Part shown: in pieces, positions 35,201 to 44,824 of the stretch
Layout: every line of letters starts with the position of its first letter
How positions within the stretch are numbered: position 1 is the first letter of the stretch
IMG/VR virus record: IMGVR_UViG_3300036770_008353
Strand: one strand, 5' to 3'
Source: an uncultured virus (IMG/VR IMGVR_UViG_3300036770_008353)
Lineage: Duplodnaviria; Heunggongvirae; Uroviricota; Caudoviricetes
Length of the DNA stretch: 64,000 nucleotides
The notes under the pieces: model-generated
The model's database searches: none
Told to the model about the DNA's origin: nothing
Seen by the model: only the letters and a program-made list of their open reading frames with translations
Position numbers and translations under genes: made by a program

Positions 35201-37804
35201 TGACCGAGGATACCCATCGTCGACGACCTTGGCCAGCTCAGAAGGCAGAAGAGGTTGATCTTTTGGTCTATAAACGTTAGGAACACCGCCTGCAGGACCT
35301 TCTCCTCCCATCATAAAAGCGGCCTTTGCTTGGGCTATCTCCCTTGTCAACTTCTTGCTGTCCGGGTTGGAACGAATTTCTGCCGAAGTTCCAAGATCGT
35401 TTTTGCTTGTCGGCGTGTGGGGTGTGATTGGGTAAAATTCGTTCTTCTCAGCGTTGCCATCGTCGGCGGGATCACCGGGCTTGTGAATGTTTTTACCTAA
35501 AACATTCACCGTGTACGCTGAAACGTGCGGTCTAAGCTTCTTAGCCTCAGAGGCGGCGGGAGGTTTTCCATCTACGCTTTTGCCCACGCCTCGGCCGTAA
35601 GCCGTCTGCAGAAATGTGTGTCCATCAGGGCCGACGTCATTGGACTTTCCTCTCTTGATCAAGAGGTCCTTGGAGGCGTCAGAGTACGTTTCCAACACGG
35701 ACGGATCCAGGTCTTCTGAATTTGTGAAATACTTGGAGTTAGCTATCGGTTCTGGTCCGACGGGCAGCTTCGTCGCAGGATCTGTGTGTGATATCGTCTG
35801 AGACGTCTCGTCCACGGGATATGCATTGGGAATATCGGTCGTGGGAGCTGAGGAGGTTTCTTGACCTGCCTTCTTCGTTGCATCGCTAATTTGAATGAGG
35901 TTCTGTGGACTGTCGACCGTCAAAACATTTTTCGATGTGCCACCGTCGATAGACAAGTTTGAAGGAACATGAAGAGGCCAGGCACCGTCCCCAAGAGGAG
36001 GCAGGTCGCCGTCCTGCATTGAGATCAGCTCGGGATTTGCCTGCGACGTTGGATCAGGCGTACGAATGTTGGCGTCGAGGACCTTTGAGAGGTAAGTCTT
36101 CATCGGCGGTGCTAGATCACCGGCCGGTTTGATGTAATCGCCGCCGGACAGCCCAGGACTTGCAGCTGATGAAAGCAGTGTGTGTCCATCAGGCGTTCCT
36201 ACAACAGGTAAGTTTTTTCCTCTGCTTATCGTAAAACGATCTGCCTGGGATGGATCAGAGGCCGCTGCGAGATCGTCAGTGTAGGTAGAAGCTACGTTCT
36301 TGTCCTTCGTGAAATAGGTAGAGTTGACAGGAGTCGCCGGGTCTATCGGAAAACCAGAAGGATCTGTCAGCCTAGACAGCTTCGTTGGATCGAAAGGCGC
36401 CGGGGCCGAGTCGATCGGATACCTGTTGGCGACGGCGCCCGGTGCTCCCATCACCGGCAAATTGTCGGCCGTTGATGGCGTCTGCGCCGCTGTTTGAATG
36501 TGGGCCAACTTGGCAGCTTTTTCAAGAGTCAACAGGTTCTTTTCAGCGGGATTCATCAACGTGTAGGAACTGCCTACGTTCAACGGTGTCTGATCGCTTG
36601 GGCCGAGGTAGGCAACGTCCTTGATGCCGTTGGGTATGACGTTGCCTCCGTCACCCACGGTCGTCTTTACGAACGCAGGATTTTCCTGCAGAGGATCGTT
36701 CTTGTTGGAGGCGAGATGCTGTTGGACGTAGTTGGCAAGACCAGCGTTCAATTGTGCAGTGGAGATGTTGTCGTTGATGACCTGAGACGTCGCCGAGGTC
36801 GCATCGGGAAGCAGGTCGTTGCCTCCGACAGCTCCAGGGCCTGCAGCCGTCCTTCCTCTTTTTATGTTCAGGGCGGAGGAGGCCAACCTGTCGCTGTAGG
36901 TCGAATCGATGTCATTTGAAAAAATGTCAGAGTTAAGAGGATTGGCCTGGGCGTCGGTCGACGACAGAGGAGTTCCTGTCACGGGATCAAACGTCTTGCT
37001 GGTCACAACAGGATTCGCTGGTGGGTCCACCTTGAAAAAGTTTCCGCCTGTTGTGTTGGAAGGTTGCTCAGCCGCCTTCTTCAGCGTCAACTCATATCCT
37101 GAATTGACACCCAGAATATTCTTTGAAGTGCCTCCATCTGATGCTATGGATGCATTGTCAGGAATTATCTTGATGATACGTGTGTTCTGCGGAGGGCTAT
37201 TTAAAGTGCCGTCAGAAACTATGACGTTAGGGGTCGACGGCGTATCCAATGGGCTGTGAAGATTCGGATCGAGGATGCCTTTGGTGTAATCCTTGATCGG
37301 ATTGAGAAGCTCGACGGCTGGTTTGATGTAATTGCCGCCTGAGGGTGCCGGTGTCGCCGCCTCGGGAAGCATTTTGTTGCCATCAGGACCAACGGCGTTG
37401 GATAGGCCTTTTTTGATGGCTATGGGAGAACCAGCGGCGACTGAGGTGTTAAATTGTTGGTTGAACTTGGATTCATTTGGCTGCACGCCGGGTTTTGCAG
37501 GCAGACCGGCGGGGGTCTTCAATGAGGTCTCTTGGACCGTCGTCGAGTCTCCTGCCGCCACAGGATAGACGTTGCTGTGAGGAGAAGATCCAACCTGACC
37601 CAGCGTCGATTTGCTGAGATACTTGGCGAAAGTGACCTTCGTTGGATTGGTAATGTCCTTGACAGAGTTGTCAACCGCAATGTCACCAGGAGACCACGGA
37701 CCTTGGGACCCTCCTTGGGCATCCGGCAGGCCGACGTCCATGGCATAAACCTCACCCTGTATGTTTATGCCACCTGTTCCGGTGTCCTTGCTTTTGTCCG
37801 TCAT
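32267..37804 (-). CDS. 1845-aa tail-associated protein: N-terminal repeats, TM-like helix, C-terminal tube-initiator-like domain
   Basis: Five IKRG..GPDG..LL repeats; AIGMLATCLALLAAVLVAFGALSLIL; C-terminal GRVDPVKIYKNTNRKIGISF...APMIRLRLG...IESLSFDW. Confidence 0.55.
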   Translation of the reverse strand: MTDKSKDTGTGGINIQGEVYAMDVGLPDAQGGSQGPWSPGDIAVDNSVKDITNPTKVTFAKYLSKSTLGQVGSSPHSNVYPVAAGDSTTVQETSLKTPAGLPAKPGVQPNESKFNQQFNTSVAAGSPIAIKKGLSNAVGPDGNKMLPEAATPAPSGGNYIKPAVELLNPIKDYTKGILDPNLHSPLDTPSTPNVIVSDGTLNSPPQNTRIIKIIPDNASIASDGGTSKNILGVNSGYELTLKKAAEQPSNTTGGNFFKVDPPANPVVTSKTFDPVTGTPLSSTDAQANPLNSDIFSNDIDSTYSDRLASSALNIKRGRTAAGPGAVGGNDLLPDATSATSQVINDNISTAQLNAGLANYVQQHLASNKNDPLQENPAFVKTTVGDGGNVIPNGIKDVAYLGPSDQTPLNVGSSYTLMNPAEKNLLTLEKAAKLAHIQTAAQTPSTADNLPVMGAPGAVANRYPIDSAPAPFDPTKLSRLTDPSGFPIDPATPVNSTYFTKDKNVASTYTDDLAAASDPSQADRFTISRGKNLPVVGTPDGHTLLSSAASPGLSGGDYIKPAGDLAPPMKTYLSKVLDANIRTPDPTSQANPELISMQDGDLPPLGDGAWPLHVPSNLSIDGGTSKNVLTVDSPQNLIQISDATKKAGQETSSAPTTDIPNAYPVDETSQTISHTDPATKLPVGPEPIANSKYFTNSEDLDPSVLETYSDASKDLLIKRGKSNDVGPDGHTFLQTAYGRGVGKSVDGKPPAASEAKKLRPHVSAYTVNVLGKNIHKPGDPADDGNAEKNEFYPITPHTPTSKNDLGTSAEIRSNPDSKKLTREIAQAKAAFMMGGEGPAGGVPNVYRPKDQPLLPSELAKVVDDGYPRSATDEQASQKESGFFIKGSDLPTAYSDDVTSLSDFKRGKTKKTGTDGNKLLKDATKPAPAGLSGGHVKKSGGDAPGNPVGPYVSKVLEKNRFNASTNFAPDEMLQPHTKLESPSIFSDPSSKDPREVFEKRARFMPPSQLQFGVSAPIDDDARGYDFRRLTRIGNVLQMRATGELNFLGGNPITDTRDPLAQLSALAPGLGQFGAGVPLTSEYLNVENIIAELGTDDGNEKKIYNKELILMNTFEGVINNVFDKFSGFSAIGMLATCLALLAAVLVAFGALSLILGDGKVEGFQVKREAGGAGRPGIGSFYGNGVGPASADDIISAFTPIGDSSLLLRFFGIMPTRVGLGEATRKGMLTFFAVDEDLNPLKTMQSPGFYTVMARSLVRSAVAIVLAFKDLVELIATGNFASSIEQIFEVLETMKTSRFFAAINIFAQIGNNLTGPDVTIDTLDAGRKISELDAAEKAYGKSRIRAKNVILGNPNKLAWATNRTPDALMLPANVHELSLDDDLGSGRLLVEDPLATTRFEMTTNAFNSRISTEKREEIEKKFDSEFMPFYFHDLRTNEILGFHAFLTSLNDDYTANYESIDGFGRVDPVKIYKNTNRKIGISFIIAALDELDFDSMWLKINKLTTMVYPQYTQGKRLGVEIKEKGTYQFTKPFTQQISAAPMIRLRLGELFRSNYSKFNIARIFGVIEPGASVGGPNKSKVFDEGAAAANATTDIGNLQKLPTITDPAFKVKQGYRFKPADRTYNLIDPAASGDRPSQINPYTFGVSPAFMLEITNPLVNDKETGQSYIEAKFVEPDVEDTKSRAAYGQYEVTLLEADEDGEPLNNVLKIGDDNMLFKVSISDLLEMSPSTFKKYKEANGMGLKANADYVANVKDFINEKNNAITRSFRSAGGKGIAGFIESLSFDWYSATWETKEGKRAPKLCKVTMAFAPIHDISPGLAADGYNRAPVYPVGPHNADLKTLISENEI

Positions 37805-38049
37805 TTGTCGGCTTCGTCCTTCTTCTGATTATGTATCTTCTTCTGCAGCGCTTCGGCCACCTTTTCAGGATTGTCATTCAAAAACTTTTTTATCTCACTT
37901 ATTCCTTCTAAGAATCCAACAAAGACGTCTTCTGACAGGCCTTTGATCTTTTGGTGCTCGTCCTTGTCCTGTATTTTTTTAAGCGCGTTATTGTATAACT
38001 CGTTCTTATGAAGTATGTCCAATAGGGTCTGCTTCGTTTTTGCGTCCAT
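37801..38049 (-). CDS. Hypothetical protein
   Basis: ATG 38049 after AAGGA; stop overlaps the next start. Confidence 0.6.
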   Translation of the reverse strand: MDAKTKQTLLDILHKNELYNNALKKIQDKDEHQKIKGLSEDVFVGFLEGISEIKKFLNDNPEKVAEALQKKIHNQKKDEADK

Positions 38050-38079
38050 GGTATTTCCTTTTCGTAACAAGAAAAGACG

Positions 38080-41000
38080 TCAGTTATCATACTGCCCTTG
38101 ATCAGTAGGAGTGCCAGCAGAATACAAAGCTGCTGAAGATAGATACTGTTTTGCAGAATCAGTTTTTTGTGCGTCTCCGGAGACAGCGTCAAGAAGAAGG
38201 TTGATCCTCTGTTTGATGACAGATTTGCCGTTGGAGACCATTATTCTTTCAAGCTCGCTGGAGTCTAGGGCTATCCTAAAGTTAACATGGATATTAACAT
38301 CCTTTGCTTTAACGGTGTAGGCACCACCCTTGCCGAGTGATTTTCCAAACTTGGTTGCGAACGCCTGCAGCTTCGCATCGATGTTGAGCTTTTGTCCCGC
38401 TTCGAGAGCCTTTTCGATCCTCTGAGCGGCGGCGACCATCTCCTCTGTCGTCTTGACGGCACCCAAGACCTGCGACCCAACGCCGTCTGTGATCGCTCCA
38501 GCCGCGGCGCCGAGCCCCTTCGTTTCAACCTTTTTGGGCTTCTTGCTCAACGGGTTGGCTACCTCTAAGGCATCGTTCTTTCCTAATCCTAGGTTGTTGA
38601 TGTGTGACGCCAAGCCCTTAGAGTAAGATTCGAATTGGCCCGCGACACGTTTCATGTCAGCCTCTGACAAGTTTAAACTCTCACCGACTTTAAGGCTATA
38701 TTTGGGGTCTTGTTGCATTTTTTGCATTTCCCCTATGACATCTGTAAAGATTGCCTTCTTTTTCTCTGCGTCAGCTTTCGCAAATTTATCAGAGTCGACA
38801 CCCATTGCATGAAATACTTTTTTAAGCTCGTCAGGGATGCCGTCCATCGGTAGCATCATACCGTCAGCCAACGCTTGTCCGATCAACTGAAAGTCGTCTG
38901 ATGGCGAATGAATGCCAAGGGCATCTTTGGTGGATTCTATTATCTGTTCGGCGCTGCCGCCGACGAGGTCAGGCATCTTGTCCACCTCCGACATGAGTCC
39001 ATCATTGATACCTTTTCCTAACCTTTGAAAGACTCGAGATGGTGATTTTGTTTCAGTTTCATCCTTAAAAACGTCTATCATCTCTTTGGCGGCGTTCCTG
39101 ATCGCCTCAGGAATCTTTTTAAAGCTGTCGATGAAACCGTCGATGACGCCCTTGGCGACTTCTTTAAACTTTTCCCAAGTAAAGTTTTCATTAAAATAGG
39201 CCACCGAATCTTCCCAAGGTTTCTTGAGCTTATCACCTAATCCTGAGAACCATTCACCTATCTTCCCAGGAAGCTTTGAGACCTCTTCTTTCAGATATCC
39301 ATAGGCTTTTTTGATTCTGTCCCATGCCTTGGTGTGAGGGTCAGAAAGTATGGTGATAAGGGCTTCGCCTTTCTCGTAGATCCAGTCACTGACCTTCTGA
39401 AAACCTTCTTTGATGTAATTAAAGATCGGTTCGACAGCCTGCCATGCTTTTTTAAAGGCAGACGAGATCGCGTCGTAAATTTTGGTCGCACCCTCAATGA
39501 TAAAGTCGAAGACAGGTTTGATAATGTTATTCCACAACGCATTGAAAATGCCCATCGCAATGTTCTTGACTGTGACCAAGAAGGAAATTATAGGTTGTAT
39601 AACGTTTTGATTGATCCATGAAGCGATTGGTGCTATGATCTCTTCATAAATTGCCTCAATGACGGTCTTTATCGTATAATATGCCAATCTAATCGGCATC
39701 GTAAATCTGGCCCATGCTTCAGAGGCACCTTCAGCAGTGGATGTAAAAAATTCTTTTATTTTAGTGATGGTTTCATCAATATACTTCGTGATGTTGACCT
39801 GCTTCATTATGTCGGCGATCTGTCCCCAAGCTTCGCCTGCCTCAGTAAAAAACTGTCCTAAGGTCTTGAATGCCTCTCCTACCCATTCAAAGATTGGACC
39901 AACGAGAGGAAGATCCTTAAGCGATAAGAAGATGTCGCCTATTTTGTTAGATATCCAGCCCAATGCTTTGTACAGGTATTCAAGTATTATCGGTCCAATC
40001 TTCAAAAGAATATTGGCGTACATCTCGAATTGACCTATCCACATATCAAAAAGACCGTTTACCATCTTGCTCAAGGCGTCGTTGACACCCTGCGAGTCTC
40101 CGTTCCACATGGCGACGAGAAGGTCGCCAAATCCTGAAAAGACATCGAGGTAACCACTCATGTAGTTTTTCATGGAGTCTGAGAAACCAGGTCCGAACCA
40201 TTGATCAACAGCCTTGAATAGTTCATCTGCAATTTTAGCAATTCCTGTCGCGATCTGCGCTTGCAGCCCTTCAGGAAGAAGACCAAATGTCAACGTATTA
40301 ATCAGTCCTGTGGTACCGGCAGCTATCTTTGCTGTCGCTGGATCGAAGCCCTGCGCCTGTAAATCATCACTGAACTTGTTTATTGATTTGCTGACATTTA
40401 TCGCGGCATCGGCAATTATTGCGACGATGAAAGCTTTCCCAAATATGCTATTGAAGAATTTGCTTAACAGATTTTTGGCCGTAGTAAGCAAGCCGCCGCT
40501 AGCAAATCCCTCAAAGGCGCCGAGGACCATGCTTTTTAACGCTCCCCATAGGGCTCCGGCCAACGTTGACCAAGCTATCCTTAATAATGCACCCTTCAAC
40601 CACCAAAGTAATACTGGCCATATGTAAGGCCATGCCTCATCGAGGCGTTTGAAGGCCTCAACAAAAAGTTCAATTAAAGCTGCCTTTAGTTCAGGCAGCA
40701 CCTCTTTTATCTTCGCAAATGACTCCTTGAGTATCTCGATGAATTGACCTCCGCCGCCCGTGCCTCCGACCTTATCGAGGTACTTCTTTGGATCTCTAAT
40801 GAAATCTGCAAGGGTCCTTGCCAATTCAGCTATCTTTCCCATGATCCACGGAATAGAATCACCAATCACCTTGACAAACAGCAAGAACAGCTTCTTGACG
40901 CCGCTAAGCAGCCCCTTACCTTCTTGACTTTCAGCATCAAAGAAGGCCCAAAACTTCTTATAGATTCTCTCAAGCACGGCGCCAAAGTCAGCCTTGCCTC

Positions 41001-42798
41001 CTGCATTAAAGATCGTTAAGAATGATGTTATTTCTGATGCTATGGCCTTGAACAGAGGTGCGATCTTCGTTATCATGTCTCCTATTGAGTTCATGATAGA
41101 CCCAAAGATTTCACCTAACTTATAGCCTAGACTCTTTCCCGACTCAAACACATTTCGAATGGTGGTCATCGTGCGCTGCATGAGCTTTTGAAACTGAGGC
41201 GACAATCTCATTCCTTCAGAGATTCCATTCAGAAATGCACCTAACATGCCTCCACCGCCCGTCAACCCAGTTCGAGGCTTCTGCAGTCTTTCCATCGCGT
41301 CAGCAAGCTTCGTCAGGGCTTCTTCCTGGGTCATCGTCTTTTTGGCGGCCTTTTCGGATTCCTGCTGCATCTCCTTGAGTGAGATGTTCTTCTTCTTCAT
41401 GTCAAATGCAGCAATGATCTCAGCATCACCCAACCCTGTCGACGAGGCCACAAGCTTTCTTGTTAGATGATCCATCTTAGATCCGTCGATGCCAGCCTTG
41501 ATGAACTCTTTCCGCAAGACTTCAAGTTTTTTATCAGGCGTTGACGCCTTCATTATCTCCATGGTGTCGATGTTGAGACCCATGACGGAGTTCAGCTTCG
41601 CGACGTTCTCAGACGCGCTATCAAAAGTGTCGAATGAATCTGACAAACCGGTGATCTTTTCAAGGCTGACACCTAGTTTTTGTGAGAAAGCCACCGCGGC
41701 GGCGAGCTCTTTCTTCGATATGTTGCCAAAGTGCTTGAAGTCTTGCGATGCCTTGCCCATCTCCCTTGATATCACTTTGGCGTCTAGTTTATAAGCACGT
41801 GCCATGTGATCCGCCTGCTTCGTCATGTCGACCAAAGAGTCTGTGATGCCCTCACCTGATGCCTTTGCACGTTGGGCCATTATCTCCATCTGCTCGTTCG
41901 TCAAGCCTAAACCTTTTTGCATGGCGACGGCGGCGCCGTTGGTCTTTTCAATCTCACTTGCAAAACCCCTGAGTGCTGGTCCGCTCTGTTCATAAAGCTC
42001 AATCAGGTGATTCTGCATGTCGGCCAGCTGAACCATCGGATTGTGAGATGCGCTGAAGACGGCTGCCGCGGAGGTCCCTTCTATCTTCAACTGGTTCATT
42101 GCTTTGGCGGTACCTTGAATTGCAGTGTTTGTTGGACCACCAAGGGTGCCGAAGGCTTTTCGCATCTTTTGGGCAGATTCCCACAACGCTTCTATGCCTT
42201 CGTTGGCTTTATCAGCCTCGTCGACGATTTTTCTGAATATTTGAAGCGGAATGCTAATGAGGGCTTTAGCGACGTTAAAGATGAAACCACCTAGACCCGA
42301 TATGATGCTACCAGCGAGGCGTGCCTGCGCAGCCATCATTTTTAAAGCCGCCGAAAAACCATTGACAGCACCGATGCCAGCACCCATGGCCACGTTTGCC
42401 ATGCGACTCTTCTTTTCAAGCTTAGGCAACTCACCGCTGAGGTTTCTGGTCGATCTGTTGGTTCTGTCTACGTGTGTGCTTAGATCCCGGATCCTTCTGG
42501 AGTCTATTCTGTTTAACGACCCTCCGGCGGCGCCTGCTGCGCCTTGCAGAGAGCCTAGTAAAGTATTTATTTGTGTTAAAGAGTTTATGATCTGAGGATC
42601 CTTAAGACATTGCATCGCGGCACACAGCTCTTTTAAAGCTTGCGTCTGCGAAACAAAATTCGCCTCAAGAATTTTGGTGGCCTCAGAGAGGCCCTGCATG
42701 TGCTTGTTTAGATCTCTTATGAAATCTATCTGTCCTCGGTCCGCGCCGCCTGCGCCCGGACCACCACCGCCTCCACCACCAACGCCAGGACCTGCCAT
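38080..42798 (-). CDS. Tail tape measure protein
   Basis: 1572 aa, helical, Trp/Phe periodic region, hydrophobic segments, TKSPSR and LGIHSPS motifs; downstream of tube and chaperones. Confidence 0.8.
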   Translation of the reverse strand: MAGPGVGGGGGGGPGAGGADRGQIDFIRDLNKHMQGLSEATKILEANFVSQTQALKELCAAMQCLKDPQIINSLTQINTLLGSLQGAAGAAGGSLNRIDSRRIRDLSTHVDRTNRSTRNLSGELPKLEKKSRMANVAMGAGIGAVNGFSAALKMMAAQARLAGSIISGLGGFIFNVAKALISIPLQIFRKIVDEADKANEGIEALWESAQKMRKAFGTLGGPTNTAIQGTAKAMNQLKIEGTSAAAVFSASHNPMVQLADMQNHLIELYEQSGPALRGFASEIEKTNGAAVAMQKGLGLTNEQMEIMAQRAKASGEGITDSLVDMTKQADHMARAYKLDAKVISREMGKASQDFKHFGNISKKELAAAVAFSQKLGVSLEKITGLSDSFDTFDSASENVAKLNSVMGLNIDTMEIMKASTPDKKLEVLRKEFIKAGIDGSKMDHLTRKLVASSTGLGDAEIIAAFDMKKKNISLKEMQQESEKAAKKTMTQEEALTKLADAMERLQKPRTGLTGGGGMLGAFLNGISEGMRLSPQFQKLMQRTMTTIRNVFESGKSLGYKLGEIFGSIMNSIGDMITKIAPLFKAIASEITSFLTIFNAGGKADFGAVLERIYKKFWAFFDAESQEGKGLLSGVKKLFLLFVKVIGDSIPWIMGKIAELARTLADFIRDPKKYLDKVGGTGGGGQFIEILKESFAKIKEVLPELKAALIELFVEAFKRLDEAWPYIWPVLLWWLKGALLRIAWSTLAGALWGALKSMVLGAFEGFASGGLLTTAKNLLSKFFNSIFGKAFIVAIIADAAINVSKSINKFSDDLQAQGFDPATAKIAAGTTGLINTLTFGLLPEGLQAQIATGIAKIADELFKAVDQWFGPGFSDSMKNYMSGYLDVFSGFGDLLVAMWNGDSQGVNDALSKMVNGLFDMWIGQFEMYANILLKIGPIILEYLYKALGWISNKIGDIFLSLKDLPLVGPIFEWVGEAFKTLGQFFTEAGEAWGQIADIMKQVNITKYIDETITKIKEFFTSTAEGASEAWARFTMPIRLAYYTIKTVIEAIYEEIIAPIASWINQNVIQPIISFLVTVKNIAMGIFNALWNNIIKPVFDFIIEGATKIYDAISSAFKKAWQAVEPIFNYIKEGFQKVSDWIYEKGEALITILSDPHTKAWDRIKKAYGYLKEEVSKLPGKIGEWFSGLGDKLKKPWEDSVAYFNENFTWEKFKEVAKGVIDGFIDSFKKIPEAIRNAAKEMIDVFKDETETKSPSRVFQRLGKGINDGLMSEVDKMPDLVGGSAEQIIESTKDALGIHSPSDDFQLIGQALADGMMLPMDGIPDELKKVFHAMGVDSDKFAKADAEKKKAIFTDVIGEMQKMQQDPKYSLKVGESLNLSEADMKRVAGQFESYSKGLASHINNLGLGKNDALEVANPLSKKPKKVETKGLGAAAGAITDGVGSQVLGAVKTTEEMVAAAQRIEKALEAGQKLNIDAKLQAFATKFGKSLGKGGAYTVKAKDVNIHVNFRIALDSSELERIMVSNGKSVIKQRINLLLDAVSGDAQKTDSAKQYLSSAALYSAGTPTDQGQYDN

Positions 42799-42813
42799 AA
42801 TATCACCTCAAAC

Positions 42814-43101
42814 TCAAAGTGGCCATGGAATGCCAAGAACTCTTTCAAACTGCGAAGCAGTCATGTGCTTTATGCCTAACTTTTGAATGACTGATTCAAC
42901 GTCGGCACCCGGTTTATTAAGCTCATCTTGAAACCTTTTCGATGCGGACAAAGCAGCTACGACAGCCTGTATCTGCTCCCTGGTGCCTCTTAGTCTTGTA
43001 TTGACGGCTTTACCAAGCATCCACGCTGCTAGCGTGCCGACGAATATCTTCCCAAAGAGGCTCATTTGAAGACTCTCTTCTAGCTTTTCATGTTTTTTCA
43101 C
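42814..43101 (-). CDS. Hypothetical protein
   Basis: Likely GTG start at 43101 after GGAG; 95 aa. Confidence 0.55.
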   Translation of the reverse strand: MKKHEKLEESLQMSLFGKIFVGTLAAWMLGKAVNTRLRGTREQIQAVVAALSASKRFQDELNKPGADVESVIQKLGIKHMTASQFERVLGIPWPL

Positions 43102-43170
43102 GATGTCTCCACGGTCAGTTAAATAAGCTTTGCCACACCTAAATATTAGATGTGGCAAAATAAAGACACC

Positions 43171-43443
43171 TTAAGTAAAACGACGGAGACGAGAAGGTGA
43201 TTCAGTCCTTGTCTTTCCTTGTAAGGAACGAACATCAGGTGTATTTTGATGCAAAGCCCTTGACTGAGCTGAGCCCGATTCATCAGACGTTCTGTTGATT
43301 TCTTTTACAATCCTATCGATGAACCATCTTTTGTAAGTGACAGGCATGTTGATTGTCTCACGCCAGACAAAACCTCCGTAGTACATCAATAAAAAAGAAG
43401 GTTCTAGTATTAAGGCTTCTTTATCTTCCGGACTGAGGCCAAA
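43171..43443 (-). CDS. Tail chaperone extension ORF, probably reached by frameshift from the upstream gene
   Basis: Overlaps the end of 43421-44305 in the +1 frame; no SD-preceded start; LMYYGGF...MPVTYKRWFI motif. Confidence 0.6.
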   Translation of the reverse strand, partial: FGLSPEDKEALILEPSFLLMYYGGFVWRETINMPVTYKRWFIDRIVKEINRTSDESGSAQSRALHQNTPDVRSLQGKTRTESPSRLRRFT

Positions 43444-44305
43444 GAAAGTTGACGCCGAGTGGCATGCTGACCTCCTCTGAGTGACCACAAGAGGGGCAAG
43501 AAGTCTCCTGCTTCATGATGACACCAGGCTCATTGTCCTTGATGTAGTTACGAAGGGCCAGAGAATCCCTTGCAGGCATGTGCTTGATGAAATTGATGAT
43601 CTTTGACCTATCCTCAACTCCATCGACCGAGATAATAGAATGAATCAAGTTGGTTGTCACGGTAGACTCGTTTGCCGCTAATCCCAATTTCTTCTGCTTC
43701 TCAGCGGTAGCCATGATTTCTTCCTCATCTCTGCCCGTAAGAAAACGGAACTTGACGACCTTCTTACTATAAGGTAGCTGGAACTGAAACTGATTGGTTC
43801 CTGCGATGATTGGCTCTAACTCCAACCTTTTGATGGGAAGTTCCGCAAGGTTGAACGCATGGGGAGCCTTGTTGTTACACTCTTCACAGGTTATTTCTGC
43901 AGCGTATTCGGGTCCATAGCCTGTAATCCTGATCGCAACCATCAGGGCATTCCTGTCACCACCTAAAAGCTCATTAGGACTAATGGTCTTGTCGACGAGA
44001 CAGGACTTGATCAACTCGGTGATGACAGTTCCCTTCTTTAACAAGGCTCGGCTTGTTAGAATGTCCTCTTCACGAGCCGTCATAGGCCTGATCTCAACTG
44101 TCTCAGCGTTGTACAGCGATGAGTTAGAAGGATACACCTTTCCTGAAGAAGGAAGAGGCACGACCTCCATCGGTATATCGAGTCCAAACTCTGCCTTAAC
44201 CTTGTCGACTGCAGACTGCATTGGCATCCGTGGATCCACACCAGGAGGCATTGGTTGCTGTGTTGAAGAAAACACGGCATTTCGCTGTTCACGATCTTCT
44301 GACAT
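43421..44305 (-). CDS. Baseplate hub / tail assembly chaperone (T4 gp26-like)
   Basis: LPSSGKVYP, IRPMTAREEDIL, GDRNALMVAIR, two CxxC motifs, C-terminal NFLWP. Confidence 0.75.
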   Translation of the reverse strand: MSEDREQRNAVFSSTQQPMPPGVDPRMPMQSAVDKVKAEFGLDIPMEVVPLPSSGKVYPSNSSLYNAETVEIRPMTAREEDILTSRALLKKGTVITELIKSCLVDKTISPNELLGGDRNALMVAIRITGYGPEYAAEITCEECNNKAPHAFNLAELPIKRLELEPIIAGTNQFQFQLPYSKKVVKFRFLTGRDEEEIMATAEKQKKLGLAANESTVTTNLIHSIISVDGVEDRSKIINFIKHMPARDSLALRNYIKDNEPGVIMKQETSCPSCGHSEEVSMPLGVNFLWPQSGR

Positions 44306-44433
44306 ATTTTTGATAATCTCCTACATCTTGAATTGTATGTGGCTAAATACAAATTGTAAAAAATATCATACCATATTTGTGTTCAAGCAAACAAATATTC
44401 TAAGATCGACTATTTACAGGAAGAGGATTCTCA

Positions 44434-44823
44434 ATGCCAATCAACCACGTTTACCAAGGAGAAGGATATGCGCCGGCGTATCAAATATCAGCGACGCCGT
44501 TCGTGACGTCTTCTCAGGTGTCTTTAGGACAAATAAAAGAGATTAGGTTTGAGCACGTCACAAAGTTCGTGTCGATAAAAAACTCAAGCCCGTCGACGGT
44601 CCTCTCTGTCGCATTCACAAAGAATGGTCTAAAGTCTCAAAAGTCGAATTACTTCTTCCTTAGTGGATCTGAGTCATTCTCTGCAGACGTGAGGGTCGAC
44701 AGGATCTTCGTGTCAGGAAGTTCAGGTACCTCAAATTTCACAGTCGTAGCCGGAGTCACGACGATAGATCCCAAGAACTTTTTGATCGTCACCGGTTCCA
44801 ACGGTCACTCAGGCGTAGGATGA
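44434..44823 (+). CDS. Putative virion structural/decoration protein
   Basis: 129-aa beta-rich ORF (AYQISATPFVTSS...SGVG) on the opposite strand; CTATTTA upstream. Confidence 0.5.
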   Translation: MPINHVYQGEGYAPAYQISATPFVTSSQVSLGQIKEIRFEHVTKFVSIKNSSPSTVLSVAFTKNGLKSQKSNYFFLSGSESFSADVRVDRIFVSGSSGTSNFTVVAGVTTIDPKNFLIVTGSNGHSGVG

Positions 44824-44824
44824 C

